Shown one piece after another: positions 9,125 through 15,389 of a stretch of DNA of 64,000 nucleotides (positions are counted from its first letter, which is position 1; the number at the start of each line of letters is the position of its first letter). The stretch spans positions 320,001 to 384,000 of the forward strand of contig CAVRJY010000002.1 of the NCBI GenBank assembly GCA_963721805.1, in the 5' to 3' direction. Both the position numbers and the translations under genes were made by a program. The notes under the pieces were generated by a model. That model did no database searches. It was not told where the DNA came from and saw nothing but the letters and a program-made list of their open reading frames with translations. Source of the stretch: Nitrospirota bacterium. Its GTDB lineage: Bacteria > Nitrospirota > Thermodesulfovibrionia > Thermodesulfovibrionales > JdFR-86.

Positions 9125-9932
9125 GAAATTTGTTGCAAAAACGACTAAGGTTAAGCATGAGGGTATTGTCCCGCTTGCTTCAAAGATGTCGAAGCATAAT
9201 ATCAAAGCAGCAATCGCGCCTGTTTTTAATCTGGATGAACTTAATGTAGTTGAACTGTGTAATCAGTTGAAAAATGAATTAAATGATCGCTCAGAGCCTT
9301 GGTTTCTATTTACAAGTGCAAGAAGAAATCAAAAGCTTTCGTTAAAGCGGGAACGAATTGAGATACTTCAAAGAACGGTTGAAAGCATGATAAGCGTCAA
9401 TGCATCCTTGGCAAAGGCAAGGGCGGACATGCTTCTTTCACAGGCCGTTACCGAAAGCATTATCAATAACCATTTTATTGAGCAAGCTTTATTGGATGAG
9501 CTAAGGCAGAGAGAGCATGTGGATAAGCTCCAGTCTGTTGATGACACAGCACGCGAAAGGCTTGTGCGGTTAGAATCTATTGAGATAGCTAATTTGCAGG
9601 CCAGAGCTGAAATCAATGCATTAGAAGCCAAGACAAAGGGTGAGCATGCCAAGGCTGATTTAATTAGAAATGTCGTTGATAGTATCAATCTAAAAGACTT
9701 GCCCCAGATTTTACAGACGTATGTTATTACGTCAGTTATAAATCCCAGCGGCAATGCCACAGTCGGAGACTTGGAATTGCAGTCTGAATTGCGGGAATTC
9801 GTAACGAAAGAGGCTGCTGCCAAGGCAAGATTATTAAACGCTCAGGCAGATCAGAGTCAAAGCCAAGCCGCCATAAGCAAGGCCACGGCTGTTGATACAG
9901 TTCGTAAAATGAGATCAAGAAAGCGTGATTGA
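9117..9932 (+). CDS. Coiled-coil hypothetical protein
   Basis: ATG9117 overlaps the previous gene end; A/E/K/Q-rich heptads. Confidence 0.65.
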   Translation: MSKKFVAKTTKVKHEGIVPLASKMSKHNIKAAIAPVFNLDELNVVELCNQLKNELNDRSEPWFLFTSARRNQKLSLKRERIEILQRTVESMISVNASLAKARADMLLSQAVTESIINNHFIEQALLDELRQREHVDKLQSVDDTARERLVRLESIEIANLQARAEINALEAKTKGEHAKADLIRNVVDSINLKDLPQILQTYVITSVINPSGNATVGDLELQSELREFVTKEAAAKARLLNAQADQSQSQAAISKATAVDTVRKMRSRKRD

Positions 9933-11115
9933 TCTTGGCCTTGCCTTGGTAGCCGAGCAAGGCCCATGTTTTCTCTCAATAGATGATCTCTTTAAACATA
10001 CCTATATAGTCGGGAAAACCGGCACCGGCAAGTCCACCTTCATGCTCAACCTTGCCCTGGAGGTTATACACGAGGGCTGGGCCTGCATCTTTATCGAACC
10101 CAAGGGCAGCGTTATCGCCGCGCTTAACAGCCTGACAGATAAAGATCGTGTGGTTAAAGTATCCATAGATCATCCTGTTACGATTAACCCGCTTAGAAAG
10201 AAAGGCCGTCACATTAATGACCTGATTTCCGAGTTCGGGGAAGTGCTCGACATCCTCGTGAAGCAGACAAGCTCCAACCCGGAGTTGACTGTTATGATGA
10301 AGGAAATTGTGACACAGGCGATTCTATGCTTCGATGAGAAGCAACGGAATCTCGATTACCTTTATGAATTTCTGAGAAGCCCGCATATCAGGGAAAAACA
10401 TTTTGAGAATAGGGACCGTCCGCAATACTGGAAGGATGTTGCACTTGATCCGCGCACAAGGAAGCCCAATATGGCGATGTTTCAAGAAAGCGCCACGAGA
10501 CTGGCTACCCGACTTGCGGGTATGGTTTCCGATCCAAGAATAAAGAAGATCGTGTGCGGTGAAAATGAACTGGACATAGGACAGATTGCAGAACAAAAGA
10601 AAGTCCTATTGGCCGACACATCGATGATGACTTTTGATAACAGAGTTTACATTACGTCGCTGATCGCCCATTATGTAAAAAGCTATGTTGAGTTTGAACG
10701 TAGAAAGCATCCGCTCATTGTTTTCATCGACGAATTCCAGACCGCCATCAGCCCAGTCTTCTCGCACTTATTAGCTTTGGCTAGAGGGTATAAGGTGGGG
10801 TTTGTGCTGGCACATCAGGAATTCGGACAGATAGACAAGACTGTATTGAAATCAGTCTTAGGCAATGCCAATACGATAGTGTGTTTCACTGTCGGATATG
10901 ACGAGGCTGACAGGATGCGGCACGAGTATGCCAGTGGCGTGAAGGCAGATGATTTTATTCAATTAGGTGACTATGAAGCACTGATTAAAATAAAGAACAA
11001 GGTCCATAGGGTGATGACGTTCCCGCCGCCTGATATGCCTGAGCCTGCTGAAGAGGAGTTGCCCCCTGAACGCAAAGCATGGAACTTTATGCGAGAGGGC
11101 TGGTTTCAATGTTGA
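9925..11115 (+). CDS. VirD4/TraG/HerA-like P-loop ATPase (coupling-protein-like)
   Basis: HTYIVGKTGTGKST, FIEPKG, VFIDEFQ, ARGYKVGFVLAHQ, LGNANT. Confidence 0.85.
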   Translation: MIDLGLALVAEQGPCFLSIDDLFKHTYIVGKTGTGKSTFMLNLALEVIHEGWACIFIEPKGSVIAALNSLTDKDRVVKVSIDHPVTINPLRKKGRHINDLISEFGEVLDILVKQTSSNPELTVMMKEIVTQAILCFDEKQRNLDYLYEFLRSPHIREKHFENRDRPQYWKDVALDPRTRKPNMAMFQESATRLATRLAGMVSDPRIKKIVCGENELDIGQIAEQKKVLLADTSMMTFDNRVYITSLIAHYVKSYVEFERRKHPLIVFIDEFQTAISPVFSHLLALARGYKVGFVLAHQEFGQIDKTVLKSVLGNANTIVCFTVGYDEADRMRHEYASGVKADDFIQLGDYEALIKIKNKVHRVMTFPPPDMPEPAEEELPPERKAWNFMREGWFQC

Positions 11116-11792
11116 TGCCCATACGTCTTTATCTCTCCTGTTTCGGCATCCTGTCCGATAATTTCCGACCTGCGCATAGCGGTTCCCGGCAGGTAATCGT
11201 CAATGGAATAGAGCGGTTTGAGGGAGTGCGCTGAATACTCTAGGGTCTTGAAGAGGTAGCCGAAGAAAGTCCCCGTATACCGATACCTTCGGATGCACCC
11301 CTCGATGGCCCTGTTTATCTCACTCTCGGCACCGCGCCATCGGTAAAGCAGAAAATAGCGGTCAATCCACTCGTCCACCGTGTAGCGGAGAAAATCGACA
11401 AGCCCCCGCATTGCCAGCACGTTCCCTTTTTGGGCGAGACGGACGAAGGCGACTGTCATCCTGTGTCGCACTTGCTGCTCCTTTTCGTCTGAGACGGCAA
11501 TGAACAAATAGAGCGTGTTACGGTGTTTTTCCATAATCTTCTCAAGTTCGTGTGGGTCTTCGTATTCCTTACGATATTTGCGCCGATAATGCGTCCAGCG
11601 TTTCTGGTAGCGCCGGGGGAGTGCAATCGTAACCCTATCCCAGTCGATCTGTCCGATTTCCGTCCTGACGTTCTTCCGAATAAAGCGATATGCGGCAGGC
11701 GCGTGTTTCGCAACCCATGAGCCGCCGAAAGCTTGAGGGTTTTCCGCGCGCAACTTACGTCTTAGCAGCCTCATACACGCCGAGAAGTCCAT
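11106..11792 (-). CDS. Basic hypothetical protein with a sigma-region-2-like C-terminal part
   Basis: 228 aa, R/K-rich; LAQKGNVLAM..LV and CIRRY..GTFFGY segments. Confidence 0.55.
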   Translation of the reverse strand: MDFSACMRLLRRKLRAENPQAFGGSWVAKHAPAAYRFIRKNVRTEIGQIDWDRVTIALPRRYQKRWTHYRRKYRKEYEDPHELEKIMEKHRNTLYLFIAVSDEKEQQVRHRMTVAFVRLAQKGNVLAMRGLVDFLRYTVDEWIDRYFLLYRWRGAESEINRAIEGCIRRYRYTGTFFGYLFKTLEYSAHSLKPLYSIDDYLPGTAMRRSEIIGQDAETGEIKTYGHQH

Positions 11793-11870
11793 GTCATCAT
11801 CGATAGAAGTTAATGGATTATCTCATATCGTAAATACCGGGTGTATTTTTCAAGTCGAGTAGTAAATTAG

Positions 11871-11895
11871 TCCCCTGCGTTTATCCCCTGCGTTT
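11871..11895 (+). repeat. Tandem direct repeat TCCCCTGCGTTT x2 (candidate integrase arm sites of island 1)
   Basis: Copies at 11871-11882 and 11884-11895, about 140 bp inside the tRNA-Leu fragment; IHF consensus AATCAGTAAGTTA at 11984-11996 lies between. Confidence 0.55.
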
Positions 11896-12032
11896 CTGGG
11901 GAAGATTTGGAGAAAGTTTATCGTATTTTTTGTGGAAAATCGTCTTTTTTTGGGTTTTATCTTCCACCCGTTTTATCTTTAAAAATCAGTAAGTTATTGT
12001 CTTTTTGAAAAAACTTAAAAAATGTGTTTTCC

Positions 12033-12086
12033 GACTTAAAATCCCTCGGGGGCAACCCTGTACCGGTTCGATCCCGGTCTCCGGTA
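12033..12086 (+). pseudogene. 3' fragment of tRNA-Leu(TAA), att site of island 1
   Basis: GACTTAAAATCC anticodon loop, long variable arm, ACCGG-TTCGATC-CCGGT T-arm, CTCCGGTA end; no D-arm or 5' acceptor strand upstream. Confidence 0.85.
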
Positions 12087-12121
12087 CTTTCCCTCAAACA
12101 TGCCTGAGACAGCTCATCGCC

Positions 12122-12151
12122 TTGACAAAACAGGGGGCATTCGGGTTAAAT
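12122..12151 (+). promoter_or_regulatory. Probable tRNA-Val promoter (TTGACA-N18-TTAAAT)
   Basis: Perfect -35 and weak -10, 11 bp before the tRNA. Confidence 0.4.
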
Positions 12152-12162
12152 GTTAAGCCCAA

Positions 12163-12234
12163 AGGCGCGTAGCTCAGTGGGAGAGCGCTACCTTGACACG
12201 GTAGAGGTCGGGGGTTCGATACCCCCCGCGCCTA
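12163..12234 (+). tRNA. trnV: tRNA-Val(GAC), CCA not encoded; contains attL of island 2
   Basis: AGGCGCG/CGCGCCT acceptor, GCTC/GAGC D-stem, CTACC-TTGACAC-GGTAG anticodon arm, GGGGG-TTCGATA-CCCCC T-arm. Confidence 0.95.
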
Positions 12235-12241
12235 TGTTTAA

Positions 12242-12277
12242 AATCAAGGGGTTAGCCATTAACGGCTAACCCTTTTT
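12242..12277 (+). terminator. Hairpin after tRNA-Val overlapping the IHF consensus AATCAAGGGGTTA and the integrase stop
   Basis: GGGTTAGCC-ATTAAC-GGCTAACCC followed by a T-run; WATCAANNNNTTR match at 12242-12254. Confidence 0.7.
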
Positions 12278-13331
12278 CATTGGGATTGTATAGTTTTTGT
12301 ATAGTAGGCCGCCCGTTCAAGGTATTGTCCAGCATATCAATAGCCTTGACCTTATGGGCCGGGGCGAGGTGGGAATAGCGGAGGGTCATGGTGAGGGTCT
12401 TATGTCCGAGCAGTTCCTTTACAGTCGTAAGGTCTACCCCGGACATAACGAGGTGTGATGCAAACGTATGCCTCAGGTCGTGAAAATGGAAGTCCTGAAT
12501 CTTTACCCGCTTTAAAGCCGTCTGAAAACTCCTCTTTACCGCCTGATAGGGTTTCCCGGTGTTAGGGTCGTAAAACACATAAGGAACGTCTAACCGCCTT
12601 GTGAGGCCCTGTAGCGTTGCACGGAGAGTGTCGGTTATCGGTATCTCCCGGCGATCCCCGTTTTTGGTTACATCCAGAAGAATAAACCCATGCCTGAGGT
12701 CTACCCTGTCCCATGTGAGCGAAAGGATTTCTCCGCGCCTCATGCCCGTGTTCAAGGCGGTAATGACTATCGGTTGAACATGAACGCTACATGCGCTTAT
12801 AAGCTCCCGGCATTCCTCTACCGATAGATACCTTAGCCGTCTGCTATCATCTCTGAGGAGCTTCACCTTGCGAATGCGCTTCAAGGTCTCGGCTTCAACC
12901 ATCTCCCAATCAACCGCCTTGGAAAACATATGCTTTAGGACATTCAAGACCTTGTTGTTGCTCGATGCTTTAAGGCCCCGGTTGATATTGTCCGTCTGCA
13001 ACTGTTCAACAAGCGATGTGCTGAATCTTCTAAGAGGCAGATTCCCATAAGCCTTAATCAGTTGGCCTATGATGTATCCCTTGATTTTGGCTGACTTCTG
13101 CCTGCCTTGAATCCATGCGTTATACTTCTCGGCAAGTTCGCCAAAAGCATGTTTTGCTATCCTCTTTTCTTCCGGTTGATTGCCGTCCTTTATACCTTGT
13201 TTTCTCTTTAAAAGCAGGGTTTCTGCGTCCCGGACTTTTGGAGAGCCTGAGGACTCATAAACCGTTTTACCATCAAGCCCGGCATAGCGTACCCAGAGGA
13301 CATTGCCGCGCTTATAAATTCCCTTTGCCAC
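12252..13331 (-). CDS. int: Tyrosine integrase
   Basis: TGMRRGE, TKNG, HDLRHTFASHL, LLGHK..MT.RY catalytic motifs; N-terminal arm-binding domain. Confidence 0.97.
   Translation of the reverse strand: MAKGIYKRGNVLWVRYAGLDGKTVYESSGSPKVRDAETLLLKRKQGIKDGNQPEEKRIAKHAFGELAEKYNAWIQGRQKSAKIKGYIIGQLIKAYGNLPLRRFSTSLVEQLQTDNINRGLKASSNNKVLNVLKHMFSKAVDWEMVEAETLKRIRKVKLLRDDSRRLRYLSVEECRELISACSVHVQPIVITALNTGMRRGEILSLTWDRVDLRHGFILLDVTKNGDRREIPITDTLRATLQGLTRRLDVPYVFYDPNTGKPYQAVKRSFQTALKRVKIQDFHFHDLRHTFASHLVMSGVDLTTVKELLGHKTLTMTLRYSHLAPAHKVKAIDMLDNTLNGRPTIQKLYNPNEKGLAVNG
12287..12305 (+). repeat. Integrase arm-type site TGTATAGTTTTTGTATAGT, left copy
   Basis: Identical 19-mer at 21760-21778. Confidence 0.8.
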
Positions 13332-13530
13332 CTTTTACCTTCCTTTCCTTTTCTTTTTCGCGTTCGATGTAGTCAAGCAAAAGACATAAAGTATCGCTCG
13401 GTGTCTTCACCCCCTTTTCAAGCATCCAGACGTAATTGCCAGTTACGCCTATCCGCGCCGCAAAATCTACTTGCGAGAGCCTAAGCCCTTTTCTTAGTGA
13501 TTTAATCTCTTCTGGCTTCCACGTTTCCAT
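13312..13530 (-). CDS. XRE-family HTH protein
   Basis: IKSLRKGLRLSQVDFAARIGVTGNYVWMLEKG. Confidence 0.9.
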   Translation of the reverse strand: METWKPEEIKSLRKGLRLSQVDFAARIGVTGNYVWMLEKGVKTPSDTLCLLLDYIEREKEKERKVKGGKGNL

Positions 13531-13640
13531 TGCCTTAGATTATACTCTAACTGAGTTAGAAAAGCAAATAGTATACAATTCACTATACAGGCCCTTGTAA
13601 CATGTTGATATTACAATTGTTTTCAGGGCTATCACTTCCT

Positions 13641-13928
13641 TTATACAGTAGTGGCCGGTATCTTGTAGCCGGACATCCATTTATCAATATCCTTACGGCT
13701 GAATCGTAACTGGCCCTTTATCTTGTAATGCGGTATCTCCTTGAATTGGACATGCTCATAAATCCACTTCTTTGAAACCTTGAGATACTCAGCAAGGCCC
13801 CGGACATCGAATATTGTATCCCCGGCCTCGTTCACGCCATTGCGGACAAGCGCGGGTCTAAGAATTTCGGCAACCCTTGAGGCTATGGCTTCAATGTCCT
13901 GAGGTTCAAGCTCAGTCTTCACATTCAC
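13641..13928 (-). CDS. Excisionase-like HTH_17 protein
   Basis: FDVRGLAEYLKVSKKWIY..IPHYKI..LRF..DIDKW. Confidence 0.85.
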   Translation of the reverse strand: MNVKTELEPQDIEAIASRVAEILRPALVRNGVNEAGDTIFDVRGLAEYLKVSKKWIYEHVQFKEIPHYKIKGQLRFSRKDIDKWMSGYKIPATTV

Positions 13929-14118
13929 TTGGATGCGTCCCCTCTTTGCTCACAAGAACACCTGCCCACGGTTTACCCGGAGGCATGGCTGTGACAGTCA
14001 CATACTTTTGTTTTTCGCCTCCATCGTAAGAGCCAAAATAGCGAGTAATCCTCAAATACATTAGCTCGCCGCCGATGTTGCCTTCAAGCGCTCTTAATCT
14101 TCTCTGTATACCCCTCAT
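13912..14118 (-). CDS. Small protein, tandem paralog 3
   Basis: Begins MRGIQRRLRALE. Confidence 0.7.
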   Translation of the reverse strand: MRGIQRRLRALEGNIGGELMYLRITRYFGSYDGGEKQKYVTVTAMPPGKPWAGVLVSKEGTHPSECED

Positions 14119-14123
14119 TTGAT

Positions 14124-14345
14124 TTAACATTTAAAGCTCTCAAACTCAGATTCGTTGACTATTTCAGTTCTGCCATTGCTGATAATAAGAAACTTCTTAA
14201 TCACCTCATTTGGTATTTCTTGATCTGTGGAATCTTCATTAACTCTGGCACCTCTACGAACTATGGTTCTTACTAAACATATTTTGTATTTCTTGATACC
14301 CGTTCGCTTCTCAAGCTCTTTTAATCGTTTTTCGATGCTTCTCAT
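14124..14345 (-). CDS. Small protein, tandem paralog 2
   Basis: Begins MRSIEKRLKELE; ATGA-coupled. Confidence 0.75.
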   Translation of the reverse strand: MRSIEKRLKELEKRTGIKKYKICLVRTIVRRGARVNEDSTDQEIPNEVIKKFLIISNGRTEIVNESEFESFKC

Positions 14346-14566
14346 TTGCTGTCACCTTTAGTATCCTGAAACTCAGTTTCACTGATTTGTTCACCCCTAC
14401 CTTTGCGGAAAACATACTCTTTCACAATATGTTCACTCACTTGCAAGGGTTGTCCTGCTGATCTTGCACCTCCACGTACGATTTCAAGCTCTAAAGTGAG
14501 CGTGTACTCCTTGCCGACACCTAAATGCTCCTCAACCTTTTTAAGCCGCTTTTGTATACCCCTCAT
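14342..14566 (-). CDS. Small protein, tandem paralog 1
   Basis: Begins MRGIQKRLKKVE; ATGA-coupled; shares IVRxGAR and GR.E..E.EF with paralog 2. Confidence 0.75.
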   Translation of the reverse strand: MRGIQKRLKKVEEHLGVGKEYTLTLELEIVRGGARSAGQPLQVSEHIVKEYVFRKGRGEQISETEFQDTKGDSK

Positions 14567-14937
14567 TTGCTTACCCCCTTTTCCAGCTTTAACAGCCGCT
14601 CCTCTATGTCCTCAAGCTCTTTCAGCTTCAAGGTGTTGTCGAGGATCAGCGCTATGGTCTTCAGCCGTATGCTCTCGTTCTCCGTCCCCCTGAGCAATTC
14701 TCCCAGCTTGAGCACGGCATCAGAGGACAGGCCCTTTAGCTCTTTCAGCGCGGTCTCTATTAGGTCGTTCTGTTGGGCGATAAACTCACGCCTGAAAAAG
14801 TCATCCTTCATCCAGTCATAGAAAAGGGTTTTGGAGATACCAGCCTGCTTAACCCCCTCGGTAATAGTCCGGGCAGAAATGATTGCCGGGATGCACTTTT
14901 TCTGCTTGGGAGTCAGGTTTTGTTCAGTTCCGTCCAT
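14563..14937 (-). CDS. HTH protein resembling a terminase small subunit N-terminus plus coiled coil
   Basis: LTPKQKK..TITEGVKQAGISKTLFYDWMKD..F; ends IEERLLKLE. Confidence 0.6.
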   Translation of the reverse strand: MDGTEQNLTPKQKKCIPAIISARTITEGVKQAGISKTLFYDWMKDDFFRREFIAQQNDLIETALKELKGLSSDAVLKLGELLRGTENESIRLKTIALILDNTLKLKELEDIEERLLKLEKGVSK

Positions 14938-15313
14938 TATTGGCCTCCATGGGGTAAGGATTCGTCATATCACATAGCTGCCGTGTATCGACAACCTTTG
15001 AGCCGGGGAATGCCGTCTTGGTCGCGTGTACGGCCCTCAGAGCCTCTTTTGACAGCCCCTTGAGCCTCTGCACCTCAGCCGCCGTATATATCGGGTCATC
15101 GATGTCACCAGACGCCATGAGCGCAACAGCCGCCCGGTCATCAGGCACATGCCATAGGTAATCATCAAACAGGGACGAGTATATCCGCCATGCGCCGCGC
15201 TCCGGTCTTGTCGACGTTGTCAATGCTTTTTGTGCTTTGTGAATATCAACAACAGGGGGAATTGCCTCTGTTGGTTTAAGTTCTCTGTTAAGGTATTTCT
15301 CTGCTAATCTCAT
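14924..15313 (-). CDS. Hypothetical protein downstream of the primase
   Basis: 129 aa, AGGAG RBS, in operon. Confidence 0.65.
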   Translation of the reverse strand: MRLAEKYLNRELKPTEAIPPVVDIHKAQKALTTSTRPERGAWRIYSSLFDDYLWHVPDDRAAVALMASGDIDDPIYTAAEVQRLKGLSKEALRAVHATKTAFPGSKVVDTRQLCDMTNPYPMEANNGRN

Positions 15314-15332
15314 TTTCTAACTCCTAAGATTT

Positions 15333-15389
15333 CATTGACAGCATTGACAACCCCCCATGCCTTAATTAGCTCTGTCAATGTTGTCAATG
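15333..15389. repeat. Iteron-like array CATTGACA x2 ... TGTCAATG x2 (candidate ori)
   Basis: 15333-15340 and 15342-15349, inverted copies at 15373-15380 and 15382-15389; a related pair at 15208-15225. Confidence 0.7.

Larger units (their letters stand above)
1..12086. mobile_element. Genomic island 1, right-hand part; ends at a displaced tRNA-Leu(TAA) 3' fragment
   Basis: AT-richer than the core. Contains a recombinase tail, a TA pair, relaxase-like and VirD4-like genes. Ends in a 5'-truncated tRNA with an IHF consensus and a direct repeat just inside. The left end is outside the window. Confidence 0.7.
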
